This document shows positions 10,772 to 20,725 of a stretch of DNA of 64,000 bases, in pieces. Location of the stretch: the NCBI GenBank assembly GCA_965214835.1, contig CBDCCK010000002.1, forward strand, positions 416,001 through 480,000. Direction: 5' to 3'. Positions within the stretch are counted from its first letter, which is position 1. Each line of letters starts with the position of its first letter. The position numbers and the translations under genes are program-made. The notes below the pieces were generated by a model. The model worked only from the letters and a program-made list of their open reading frames with translations, did no database searches and was not told the DNA's origin. Origin of the DNA: Nitrosopumilaceae archaeon (GTDB lineage: Archaea > Thermoproteota > Nitrososphaeria > Nitrososphaerales > Nitrosopumilaceae).

Positions 10772-10893
10772 ACAGTCTTCCCAGAAGTACCACGTCAAAT
10801 TATCCCGGGCTCGAAATAATTCAAACGGACTGCCTGCATACCCGCTTGCCACCTCCTGAACCGCCACAAGTCGGTTACTTTTGGGAAGGCTGT
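10772..10893. mobile_element. MITE family B (~122 bp)
   Basis: TIR ACAGTCTTCCCAGAAGTA / TACTTTTGGGAAGGCTGT. Reverse-complement homologue at 61199..61321. Confidence 0.85.
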
Positions 10894-10935
10894 GGCAGAA
10901 TAAAGGATTATATGCTATAATTACCTCGTTAAGGT

Positions 10936-11347
10936 ATGCAGGCATTAGCACAGACCGATAAGATTGTGTTGACAAAAGGACAAATTAAAGAAGTTCAGAC
11001 CTTCAAACAAGATCTCGAAAACGGTTCTGCTGAGATAGCATTTGAGGGAAGCCTTGTAGAAGGCGCGTCATTTCTTAACGGATTGGCAGAAATTGTGGAA
11101 GCTACTAATCACACATAACTTCATCACTCAGTTTTTGAAGTTAAAAAGGGGACAACACGCATTTGTTTTAGATTCTCTACACTTTCTTGTCGATACATTG
11201 AATCCTGATTCTACTCCCGAATATGAAATCATCGATGAATACGATAATGGGGATTCTAGTAATGTACCTTTTCCAATCACCCACCACATAGATTATGATG
11301 ACGAACGCATATATCTAATTTCCATTGAAAAGCACCTACTCAGATAA
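10936..11347 (+). pseudogene. AT-rich hypothetical gene, probably frameshifted near 11110
   Basis: Two overlapping ORFs (10936..11118 and 11093..11347) change frame around CACACATA. Low GC. Confidence 0.4.
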
Positions 11348-11390
11348 CGTCTTGGATATTAGCAACTAAACCATGATTTTGCGACCAAAT

Positions 11391-11480
11391 GAAAGAGTTT
11401 GCCCCTAGGCGGCACTGCCGATCAGGGTCTTCACGACCGTGTCTCCCACGCCATGTCTTCAGGAAGGGGTAGACTCCTAC
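11391..11480. mobile_element. MITE family D (~90 bp)
   Basis: Homologous to 43506..43596 and 49389..49479 (CCTAGGCG.CACTGCCGATCA...CCACGCC...GGGGTA..TCCTAC). Confidence 0.7.
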
Positions 11481-11522
11481 CGTACGGTTTTAGTACACTT
11501 TAAGTAGTCACAGCTGCATAAG

Positions 11523-11630
11523 ATGAGTGAGTGCAAAATGACAGATGAAAAAATGGAGGAGGTAGAAGAGATTGTCAAGAAAACTTTGGCTCGACACAGA
11601 ATTGTATTTGAACGCTTGGACGAGCTTTGA
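11523..11630 (+). CDS. 35-aa putative antitoxin peptide for the adjacent Fic/Doc toxin
   Basis: MSECKMTDEKMEEVEEIVKKTLARHRIVFERLDEL. Its stop overlaps the Fic start (TTGA). Confidence 0.6.
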   Translation: MSECKMTDEKMEEVEEIVKKTLARHRIVFERLDEL

Positions 11631-12271
11631 TTGGCTTTAATGCAGACATCATCAAGGTGATTCATTCTGTACTAGAAAAAGAGTTTCCAAGAATGGAAAA
11701 AGGAATCATTCCCGAAAAAGAACCACTGCTCGAATCACTTGTTGAAAAACCTGACAGGAATCTTTTTGGTATGGAAAGTCCATATCCAGATCTGATAAGC
11801 AAGGCAGCTGTTATGATGGAAGCGATAATCCGATGGCACATCTTTGTTGATGGGAACAAAAGAACCGGATTGATGACTGCGTTTCTTTATCTGTATAGAA
11901 ATCAAACATGCTTGGCAATCCCAATTGATAGTGTAAGATTTACAATAAAAGTTGCGGACAATAGAAAGACAGATCCGGATTCAACAAGCCAGTTGATTCA
12001 GGAAATTGCAGAGTGGTTAAAAAAACATTCAACCGCAAAAGAAAAGGAATTTTTTGGCCTTGTCTGGATTTACAATATATGGCCTGCACTAAAAATGAAT
12101 ATCCTTTACCGCCTTGGATTTAGGAAGAGGGTGAAGAGGACGCTAAGCGAGTGGTACGCGCTAGATTCCCATTCCGACTATGCCGAAGAGGCAAAAGAGA
12201 CATCTGCATTTCTTCAAAGGATAATGAAGCAGGCCATGAAGGATCTCTTAGAATCATTGCGTACAAAGTAG
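11627..12271 (+). CDS. Fic/Doc (death-on-curing) family toxin
   Basis: HIFVDGNKRTG Doc-type motif. AT-rich relative to the flanks. Confidence 0.9.
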   Translation: MIGFNADIIKVIHSVLEKEFPRMEKGIIPEKEPLLESLVEKPDRNLFGMESPYPDLISKAAVMMEAIIRWHIFVDGNKRTGLMTAFLYLYRNQTCLAIPIDSVRFTIKVADNRKTDPDSTSQLIQEIAEWLKKHSTAKEKEFFGLVWIYNIWPALKMNILYRLGFRKRVKRTLSEWYALDSHSDYAEEAKETSAFLQRIMKQAMKDLLESLRTK

Positions 12272-12661
12272 GAGCCTGTCCCACCCACGAGGCGGATTTG
12301 CGATATTTTGATATGCAGGCTGCCAATACCCCGGATGCACATGCCAGGCCCGGAGTTCAAGGTACTGCGCGGCGGGCTGGCATGCGTTGCGGCGGGCACC
12401 AGGTGGTGCAAATGTGGGGCTTGCCACAGAAAGGAGGGCGCGGGTTCGAGGGCGGCGTTTGCCTCACAGCCGGTCGGTGCTACACAAGCCACGATTCCCG
12501 ACAACAGAAGGCAGCGTGAAAAGCACTACCAAATGCATGCCGGATCGCAGCAGGCAGGCGCAGGTTTTGCCGGGCTCGGAGACGGCCGGGGACGGGGCGC
12601 CCGGCCGGCTGCGGGCAGAGTCATGCAAATTCTAAATATACCGCCTCAGCTGACACAATAC

Positions 12662-12931
12662 ATGGCAAAAGTAAAGCGAGTCTCCGGAAGGGGCACCAGT
12701 GTAAGGGAGGCCGACTCGGAGGATCAGAACTGGGCAGGCGATGCCTACAGGAAAAAGCAGGCCGAAAGAAGGCAAAAGGCAGGCAATGCGACGGTCTCAA
12801 CAAGACGCGGAACCGGAAAGACAAAGCTAAAGGACATTCCGGAGCCAAAGGCAAGAAAGTCAACCGAGGGCAGGACTAGGGTCACCGCAAGGGGAACCGG
12901 CACCAGAAAGAGCAGGAACCGCGGGGGCTAG
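12662..12931 (+). CDS. Small basic (K/R-rich) hypothetical protein
   Basis: Probable start MAKVKRVSG at 12662, with TATA-like TAAATATA about 25 bp upstream. The longer 12308 ORF extension looks spurious. Confidence 0.6.
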   Translation: MAKVKRVSGRGTSVREADSEDQNWAGDAYRKKQAERRQKAGNATVSTRRGTGKTKLKDIPEPKARKSTEGRTRVTARGTGTRKSRNRGG

Positions 12932-13593
12932 ATCCTCAGATCCGGGTTTCCGGACTTGAGTTTTTCCCAGTCGGCCAGAAAGCCCTCCAAGCCGGCATCG
13001 GTGAGGGGGTGCCCCAGCATCTTGTCGAGGACCGCGGGGGGCAGCGTGACTGCCTCGGCGCCTATTTTTCCCGCATCAACCACGTGCTGCGGATGCCTTA
13101 TGCTGGCAACCAGTATCTGGGTATCAAAGTCGTAGCTTAAGAATATGTCCTTGATCTCTTCTATCAGGCTCATTCCGTTGTGTCCGATGTCGTCCAGCCT
13201 TCCGATGAACGGGCTGACATACTTTGCGCCGGACTTTGCTGCCAGTACGGCCTGGTTCGGGGAGAACACCAGCGTTACATTGACGGGGATTCCCTCCGAT
13301 GAGAGGGTCTTGCAGGCGCGCAGTCCGTCGGGGGTCATGGGAACCTTGACTACGACGTTTTGCCCGTACTCCCTCAACCTCCTGCCCTCAGACAGCATCG
13401 CCTCATAGTCGGTGCCGACGACCTCGAGGCTCACGTCGCCCTTTATGATCCGGGTGATCTCTGCCATGTGCGAGCGCGGATCGCCGCCCTCCTTTGCAAG
13501 CAGGCTCGGGTTGGTTGTGATGCCGTCAAGCAGCCCCATGTCGTTGAACCTCCTAATGGAGTCCAAGTTTGCAGTATCAAGGAAGATCTTCAT
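12928..13593 (-). CDS. tal: Transaldolase / fructose-6-phosphate aldolase family
   Basis: IFLDTAN, GITTNPSL, VVKVPMT and YVSPFIGRLDD motifs. Confidence 0.92.
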   Translation of the reverse strand: MKIFLDTANLDSIRRFNDMGLLDGITTNPSLLAKEGGDPRSHMAEITRIIKGDVSLEVVGTDYEAMLSEGRRLREYGQNVVVKVPMTPDGLRACKTLSSEGIPVNVTLVFSPNQAVLAAKSGAKYVSPFIGRLDDIGHNGMSLIEEIKDIFLSYDFDTQILVASIRHPQHVVDAGKIGAEAVTLPPAVLDKMLGHPLTDAGLEGFLADWEKLKSGNPDLRI

Positions 13594-14564
13594 GCCCTCT
13601 TGCCACCAAGCTCCCTTGCAGTCCTTGCTATATTAATAGCTGTTATCCCGTGCTTTTCCAAAAGCAGCGGTACCTCCCCGTCCCGTGCGGACTCGCCAAA
13701 GCTGTCCTGCGCGCCGATCCTCCTTATCGGGACGGCAAAGCGCTCGGAGACGGACTCGGCTACTGCAGAGCCCATCCCGCCTACAATGTTGTGCTCCTCG
13801 CAGGTGACGATGCACCCGGTCTCCCTTGCTGCCCTTTCAAGCAGGTCGGCGTCAATGGGCTTTACCGAGAACATGTCAAGCACGCGCGCAGAGACGCCCT
13901 CCCGCCGCAGAATCCCGGCGGCCTCCAGGGCCATCTTTACGGTGATTCCGCAGGCGGCAATCGTGCAGTCGGCGCCGTCTTGCAGCGTGATGCCCCTCCC
14001 AATCTCAAACCGCTGGGAGTCCTGGTATACCACGGGGGTCGCCGATCTGGCCATCCTCATGTAGAAGGGGCCGTACTCCTGCGAGATTATCCTCGTAAGC
14101 CTTGATACGGCCGTCCCGTCTGCGGGAATGATCACGCGCATGTTTGGAATGGCCCTCATCGTCGCAATGTCCTCGATCTGCTGGTGGGAGCCGCCATCGG
14201 CGCCCACCGAGAGGCCGCCGTGGGAGACGACCATCTTTACGTTGAGCCCCTTTTTGTCCCCCCTCGTAGGATATGCGACCGAGTTCCTTATCTGGTCTAC
14301 GGCCCTCCCCGGAAGGAAGATCGCATAGGTGCTGGCAAACGGGATCTTGCCGGAGATTGCCAGTCCGGCAGAGACCGAGACGAGGTTTGCCTCGGCGATT
14401 CCAACGTTGAAGAACCGGTCGGGAAACTCTTTTCCAAAGCTTGCGGTCTTGAGGGAGCCGGTGGTGTCTGCGCCGAGCACGACCACGTCGGGGTTCTCCC
14501 TTCCCAGCTCGACCAGGGCCCTGCTGTACTCGGTACGCATGTCGGAGGTGGGAGGGTCGCTCAC
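13590..14564 (-). CDS. Transketolase C-terminal (pyrimidine-binding) subunit
   Basis: NVGIAEAN, DGGSHQQIED and EEHNIVGGMGS motifs. Confidence 0.92.
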   Translation of the reverse strand: MSDPPTSDMRTEYSRALVELGRENPDVVVLGADTTGSLKTASFGKEFPDRFFNVGIAEANLVSVSAGLAISGKIPFASTYAIFLPGRAVDQIRNSVAYPTRGDKKGLNVKMVVSHGGLSVGADGGSHQQIEDIATMRAIPNMRVIIPADGTAVSRLTRIISQEYGPFYMRMARSATPVVYQDSQRFEIGRGITLQDGADCTIAACGITVKMALEAAGILRREGVSARVLDMFSVKPIDADLLERAARETGCIVTCEEHNIVGGMGSAVAESVSERFAVPIRRIGAQDSFGESARDGEVPLLLEKHGITAINIARTARELGGKRA

Positions 14565-16228
14565 AGGTATCCTGCCTCCGAGGCCAGCCTGGTCAGCTGG
14601 TTCTTTTTGGCTCCGATTTCATGGAGATCAATCCACTTGGATACGAGCTCGGCGCCGCCCAGCTGGTGCGCCCTGGACAGCAGGCCCCGCCTTCTTGCCT
14701 TTAGGACTTCGCCCCGAAACTCCCTGATCACGCCCCGGATGTCCTGCTGGCCTACGATCGCACTGCCGCCCACGAACGCCCTGGCACCGTCATCAAAGCA
14801 CGAGCCGACGTTCTCGAGGTTGACCCCGCCGTCGGCCTCGATTACCCCGGCAAAGCCGTGCTCTGCTAGCAGCGGCACGAGGCCGGCCATCTTTTGGTGG
14901 GTGGACTCTAGGTATGTCTGCCCGGACCTGCCGGGAACCACCGACATGACAATTACCTGGTCGACCGTCGGAAGGAACACGTGGGACCACGGGGGCAGGT
15001 CTGTATCAGGATTGACTGAGATCCCCACCCCGATCTGGTTCTGCCTCAGATAGTCGTGAATCTCGCCAAACGAGGACTCGTCGCAGACCTCTGCATGCAC
15101 GGTTACGATGTCGCTGCCCGCCTCCACGTAATCCCGGACATGCCTGACGGGCTCGTCGATCATCAGGTGGGTGTCAAACGGGATCACGGTAAGCGGGCGC
15201 AGCTCCCTGATTTTTGCGTGATCAAAGGTCCTGTTCGGGACAAACCGCCCGTCCATCACGTCTAGGTGGATGCAGTCGGCGCGCCCTGCCACGCACCGCT
15301 TTACCTCGCCTTCCAGGTCGGTCATGTCGCCCGCTATAATGGACGGCGATATGACAAACTGGGAATCCAGCTCGTCGTTGATCACGGGCACGATGTCGGC
15401 GCCGGCGGCCTTTCCGTGCCATGCCGGGTTGTCCTCCATGTGCTCCAAGGACTTTCCCTTGATCGTGCGCGCGATGATCATGGTGGGGGATCCCTTGGTG
15501 GCCCTGGCCCGCGTCAGCGCGGCGTCCAGCTGCTCTATCCTGTGGCCGTCAACCTCGATCACGTTCCATCCAAAGGACCTCCATTTCTCCCCGGTCCTCC
15601 AGCGCGAGGCGTCCCTCCACATCTCGGAGAGGTCCTCGCCCTCCAGCCTTTCGTCAAGTGGCATGACCTTTTCCGTATACGAGTCCTGCTGGATGAAGTT
15701 CCTGTCCAGGATCGCGGTGAGGTTGTCCGTCTTGTATTTTGATGCGGTCATTGCGGCCTCCCAGACCTGGCCCTCGTCGGACTCGCCGTCGCCGATTACG
15801 GTATATACATGAAAGTCCTTTTTGTCCAGCTTTCCTGCCAGCGCGACCCCCACGGAGAAAGACAGGCCGATTCCAAGGGAGCCGCCGCAGAACTCGACGC
15901 CGGGGCACTTTAGGTCGGGGTGTCCCTGCAGCCTGCTTCCAAACCCCCTCAGGCTCTCCAGCTCGGACTCGTCAAGGTATCCTGAGACTGCGAGGTTTGA
16001 GAACAGTCCGGGGGCCGCATGCCCCTTGGAGAGAACCAGCCTGTCGCGGTCCTCCCACTGCGGATTCTTAGGGTCGTACCTGAGGTGCTTGTAGAACAGG
16101 CATCCCATGATCTCTGCCATCGAGAACGAGCCGCCGGGGTGGCCGGAGCCGGCGGCCGTCGTTGCCCGGATGACCAGTTTTCGGGCTCGCAGGACGTTCC
16201 TCTTGATCTGGCAGTAGTTGAGCCCCAT
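14561..16228 (-). CDS. Transketolase N-terminal subunit fused to ribulose-phosphate 3-epimerase
   Basis: SGHPGG, LSKGHA and GDGESDEGQVWEA motifs, followed by the Rpe motifs IHLDVMDGRFVPN, DTHLMI, MSVVPG and ADGGVN. Confidence 0.92.
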   Translation of the reverse strand: MGLNYCQIKRNVLRARKLVIRATTAAGSGHPGGSFSMAEIMGCLFYKHLRYDPKNPQWEDRDRLVLSKGHAAPGLFSNLAVSGYLDESELESLRGFGSRLQGHPDLKCPGVEFCGGSLGIGLSFSVGVALAGKLDKKDFHVYTVIGDGESDEGQVWEAAMTASKYKTDNLTAILDRNFIQQDSYTEKVMPLDERLEGEDLSEMWRDASRWRTGEKWRSFGWNVIEVDGHRIEQLDAALTRARATKGSPTMIIARTIKGKSLEHMEDNPAWHGKAAGADIVPVINDELDSQFVISPSIIAGDMTDLEGEVKRCVAGRADCIHLDVMDGRFVPNRTFDHAKIRELRPLTVIPFDTHLMIDEPVRHVRDYVEAGSDIVTVHAEVCDESSFGEIHDYLRQNQIGVGISVNPDTDLPPWSHVFLPTVDQVIVMSVVPGRSGQTYLESTHQKMAGLVPLLAEHGFAGVIEADGGVNLENVGSCFDDGARAFVGGSAIVGQQDIRGVIREFRGEVLKARRRGLLSRAHQLGGAELVSKWIDLHEIGAKKNQLTRLASEAGYL

Positions 16229-16296
16229 TTGCTCTACTGCCTTGCAAATTGAATAAAAATCTACTTGAGGCAGTCCCCCCCGTGCATGTCGGCAGG

Positions 16297-16989
16297 TTAT
16301 TTTGCCACGTGATCCTTTAGCTTGGAGACGATTTTCTCCACATCCCCATCAGAGAGGACCTCGCCCCTGCGTTCAAGAAAGTCGTTTATGTTATCCGCAC
16401 TAGCTGTGAAGACCGCCCGATACTTTGGGTCGTATCTGATGTTTCCCCGGATTGACAGTACCACGCTTGTCACTCTGGGAGTCCTTCTCCACGACTTTAA
16501 GACGTGCCAGAGCAGCCTGCCGGCCCGGCCCGCCTGCTCGTGGGGGCTAAAATAGCTTCGCTGATCAATAAAGCCGTTACTCCAGTTTTTTACCTCGATG
16601 GCATAGACCCCCTTTTTAGAGACGACTACAAAGTCTATTTGGGCGGACTTTAGATCCTTCTTTCCGTCATACGAGATAAAGTAGGGCAGCCTGATTCCTA
16701 CCCCGCACAGGACGTGGTACTCGTCACCGAGCCGGGATAGCGTCTCTTTGACCCGGATCTCCCCCATTGCTCCGGCATGAAATGGATCGTCCTGGTTTTC
16801 TTCAAGCCTTTTGTACCGCCTTTTCAGCCTCCAACGCCGAAGCCTTGCGACAAGCCCCCTGGGCTCTGCCTTGAGTTCCTCCTGGATTCCGATCGCAAGC
16901 CTGTCAATGTCCTCGATTTTTTTTACGGTCTTGGGATACAGGGCAAGGTACCGCTTTTCACTGTCTGCCATGCCGTAGACTATGGCCAT
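16297..16989 (-). CDS. NERD-domain nuclease
   Basis: GAMGE...QIDFVVVSKKGVYAIEVKNW...SPHEQ PD-(D/E)xK NERD pattern. Confidence 0.85.
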   Translation of the reverse strand: MAIVYGMADSEKRYLALYPKTVKKIEDIDRLAIGIQEELKAEPRGLVARLRRWRLKRRYKRLEENQDDPFHAGAMGEIRVKETLSRLGDEYHVLCGVGIRLPYFISYDGKKDLKSAQIDFVVVSKKGVYAIEVKNWSNGFIDQRSYFSPHEQAGRAGRLLWHVLKSWRRTPRVTSVVLSIRGNIRYDPKYRAVFTASADNINDFLERRGEVLSDGDVEKIVSKLKDHVAK

Positions 16990-17024
16990 GATTTAGGAAT
17001 GCCCCCGCACAAATTAAGAATTTG

Positions 17025-17150
17025 GGGCAGCCTGCGCTCTGGAAGGCACTCCCGATTGTAGGCACGGATTATGCTCGATTGGGGTTTCCGGGATGGGAAA
17101 ATTCACGCCTGGGCTTTCAGAGCCCGGGCTGTTACAGAATTTGCTGCAGA
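17025..17150. repeat. ~130-bp dispersed repeat, inverted copy at about 57420..57545
   Basis: Shared TAGGCACGGATTAT.CTCGAT.GGGGTTT...AAAATTCACGCCTG..CTT.CAGAGCCCG. Confidence 0.7.
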
Positions 17151-17157
17151 CAGGCAC

Positions 17158-17268
17158 CAGCTAAGTGAAATGTGAATGAGATTTGCTGTTTTGCCTTGCT
17201 GCTGAGGCGTTGCGCCTCATGCCCAGTTTTTGTTTTTGCTCGATTCCAGGGTACTTTTCACTTAGCTG
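17158..17268. mobile_element. MITE family C (111 bp) with 5-bp TSD
   Basis: TIR CAGCTAAGTGAAA / TTTCACTTAGCTG. GGCAC is duplicated at 17153-17157 and 17269-17273. Second copy at 61084..61194. Confidence 0.88.
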
Positions 17269-17950
17269 GGCACAGCAATCTTCTTTAATAAAACAATCAA
17301 AGTCTAGTCCTTGAGCCTGGTAGATAACTTTCCGCCCAACCTGCAGGCAAGAGACGCCCAGAGGGAGATCCTCGGAGAAATTCAGGAGAAACTAAAGTCA
17401 GGGTACCAGAAGATCCTGCTTTCGGCCCCCACGGGGGTAGGCAAGTCAGCCATTGCCGTGACGCTGGCAAAGAGCTATGAAAAGTCTTTTGTGGTTACGG
17501 CATCAAGGCACCTCCAGGATCAGTACACCTGCGACTTTGAGGCGCTTGTTCCAGTCAAGGGCAAGTCTAACTTCCCGTGCTTCAAGTCAATGGAGCAGCA
17601 GGGGGTCGATCTGCAAGAGTATGAGACGGCCTTTCGGCGGGGCCTGACCTGTGAGAAGGGCGAGTGCGTGGAACTAGAGGGCGGAAAAATAAAAAGCTGC
17701 AAGTTCAAGCCACGCATACAGGACTATGAGGAGGAGGCGTTTGAAGAGATTACCTGTCCGTACTACGAGCAAAAGTATTCCGCACTGCTTGCGGATCACT
17801 CGGTGTGGAACTACCACTCTTACTTTCAGACAGTCAAATACAACAAAACAACGTATGGCGGCTATCTGAATAGAAAGTAATAGGTTAGCCCCTGCCTAGT
17901 TGATTTTTTCTGACCACCTGATCTATAAACTATCATTACCCGGGAAATAC

Positions 17951-19498
17951 ATGCCTACAGCCTCGGAATTCAAGGAACTATGCAATGAGCTTGCCCGCGA
18001 AAAAGCGGAACTTCAGAAGGAGTAGAAGGAACATCAGAGGACGCAAGGCAAGCTTCAGAAGGAGCAGAAGGAACATCAGAGGACGCAAGGCAAGCTTCAG
18101 AAGGAGCAGAAGGAACATCAGAGGACACGGGAGGAGCTTGCCGCTGAGAAGGCGGGACGCAAATCTGACAATGCCGTCTCTGCCGCGCAAATCGCGACGC
18201 AGACAGCACAAATCAAGCAGTTCAAACAACGCATCACATATTATGAGAACCCGCACAGCCCCTCCTCGCAGAACTCGATTCCGACCAGGCAGAAAAAGGC
18301 AGCAGCCGCGGCAGGGGCATCTGGAAGGGCACCTACAAGGCCGGGCCGCAGGCCCGGACACGAGGGCATATCACACAGGAGAACACCGACCCGGGAAATG
18401 AACCACGTGCCTGACATGTGCGGCGCGTGCAACGGGCGCGACCTGACAGATCCGGTTCCCGCCGGAACCAGGATGGCTACTGACATTCCAGAGATCCCAG
18501 AGCCGGTCACGACACAGCACTACTTTACCCGCCGCAAGTGCCGCAAGTGCGGCGCCATCACCACGACAAACGGGGGCGGGCTGGTCGTTCCGGGCACCGA
18601 GTTTGGACCCAACATTGCCTCCTATATCGGCACCCTGTACACCATGCCGGCATCCGTCGGCTCGATCAGGCGCATCGTAAAGGAGATCTTTAAAATTGAT
18701 GTAAGCAAGGCGATGATACAGAACTGCCTCAAGACCGTTACAAAGAAGCTTGATCCGTGCGTGGAGGACATCAAAAAAGACATTGCAGGATGCGACCACG
18801 TCCACATGGACGAGACGGGGATGCCATACGACGGCAAGAGCGGCTACATGTGGGTGGCAGTGGGAGTCAAGGACGGCAATGCCGTCGGCGCGCACATGGT
18901 GGCAACTGACAGCAGGAGGGCATCCGTACTGGATGAGCACTTTTCATATGTGCCCAGAGTCGGGGTGACTGACGGATACCCCGGATACGACAAGTTCTTT
19001 GGCAGGAACAGGCAGCGGTGCTGGGCCCACATAATCCGGGAGGCAGATGCCCAAAGCGAGAAAACGGACTCCCCGGAGGTTCGCGCCGCAGGCGAGCGCC
19101 TCAAGTGGCAGATGCATTGCGCCAAGGGGCCGGGGCCGCCGGAGGAGGCTGCCAGGCAGCACGACAGTCGGGTGGCAGAAACACGCGAGATTGCCGCCAC
19201 ATACAGGAAGGAAGGATGTGACAGCTGTGCCACAAAGATTGACAACGCCTCGGAGTTTCTCTACACGTTTACGACGCGTCCTGGGATGGATCCCACCAAC
19301 AACCTGGCAGAGCGCACGCTGAGGCCCGGCGTGATCGCGCGCAAGATACGGTTCGGACTGCGGACAAAAGACGGACAGAAGATGTTCGGTAACATGTTGA
19401 CGTGCATCGAGACATGGCGCCTCCGGGGGTGCAACGTTACGGACATGATCAGGGACGCGCTGGTCGGAAACCCCGGGTACGTGGTCGTCTGCCCCTAG
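17951..19498 (+). pseudogene. IS66 transposase with in-frame TAG at 18023-18025
   Basis: ATG 17951 is in frame with ORF 18398..19498 (HMDETG, TDGY, QRCWAH, TNNLAER). Only one stop lies between them. Confidence 0.85.
18011..18127 (+). repeat. 42-bp tandem repeat (~2.8 copies) encoding a coiled coil (LQKEQKEHQRTQGK)
   Basis: CTTCAGAAGGAGCAGAAGGAACATCAGAGGACGCAAGGCAAG repeated. The first copy has TAG in place of CAG. Confidence 0.9.
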
Positions 19499-20725
19499 CA
19501 ATCCTGCACTAATCTGCCTGCAGTTGTGATTTTCATGCCTGAAAAGACGGTGGGTGTGACTTTAACTCTAGGCAGGGGCTAACCTATTACAATAGAAACA
19601 TCTCTGTTTTTGACGAGGCCCACTCAATTGAGGATCAGATTGTCCAGTTTGCCGGGGTTGTCATCACCGGGAAGTACATCGACGAGTGCGGAATCAGAAT
19701 TGAGTCGTATGATCTCTCGGATGTGGAGGTCGTCATCGGGTTGTTGGATGACATGGCGGAGTTTTATGCACGCAAGGTCAAGGAAATTCGGGAAAGCAGG
19801 TCATACCGGGAAAATCCCGACTATGGCAGAATCGGCAGGCTGGATGGCAGTCATGAGCGGTTTGCAAAGGCGCGCGCCGAGCTTTCCTCCAAGCCAGATA
19901 ACTTCATAGTAAACGAGCCTGACCATGAGGGGGGAAAGTTCAAGTCAGTCTCGGTAAAGCCCCTTGACATCTCACAGTATGCCAGGGAGTTCTTCATTAC
20001 CCCGTTTCAGATTTTCATGTCTGCAACGGTAGGCATGGACTCTTTTTGCCAGAACATGGGACTGTCTCCTGACGAGATAGCTGTGGTAGACACGCCGCGT
20101 TCCCCGTTTCCACTGGAGAACCGCAGGGTATGGTTTGTAAATGCGGCCAGGCTTGCATACGACAGCCCCAGGGTTGATGAAAACAGAATATGGCTAAAGA
20201 TTGACGAGATTTTATCCGGGCACGAAAACCAGAGGGGCCTGATCCTCACCTCGTCTATCTCAAGATGCGGGGATATTGCAAAGAACCTCTCCTCAAAAAA
20301 CAGGGGGCGCATAAGGATATGCCACGCCAGAAATCCGGGCGGAATGACGCAGGACGACATCATAAAGGAGCATGCAGACTCAAAAGACGGGGTCTTGCTG
20401 TCATCATCACTCTGGCAGGGCGTAGATCTGAAGGATGATTTGTCAAGGTTTCAGATCATCGCAAAGGCTCCGTATCCGAACTACACGGAAAAATGGGTAG
20501 AGTCCAAGATGGAACGGTACCCGCTGTGGTACGCATCGCAGACAGTTACCAAGATATTACAGGGGCTTGGCCGCTCCGTAAGGGGCAAGGGAGACTGGGC
20601 CGTAACGTATGTCGTAGACTCTGCAGTCGAGCCGCTGCTTAACAACTCAAAGAATCTGGTTCCCAGATCGTATCATGACGTGTTTGGGTGGAACAGGGCC
20701 CAGGCTACACCCACGTGAGCTTTGA

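Larger units (their letters stand above)
17877..19590 (+). mobile_element. IS66-family insertion sequence (single-ORF type)
   Basis: Perfect 23-bp TIR GTAATAGGTTAGCCCCTGCCTAG. 8-bp TSD AATAGAAA at 17869-17876 and 19591-19598. Confidence 0.95.
17311..20718 (+). pseudogene. XPD/Rad3/DinG-family helicase interrupted by IS66
   Basis: The 5' part has APTGVGKS and an Fe-S-like Cys cluster. Removing the IS and one TSD restores YLNRNISVFDEAH. The 3' part has MSAT, WQGVD and QGLGRSVR. Confidence 0.9.

Noticed and set aside
12308-12661. N-terminal extension of the basic protein
   Set aside because: A TATA-like box and ATG at 12662 give a better start, and the upstream sequence looks non-coding.
18023-18025. 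TAG as a pyrrolysine or readthrough codon
   Set aside because: Sister repeats have CAG, so a point mutation explains it. No pyl genes are present in the window.
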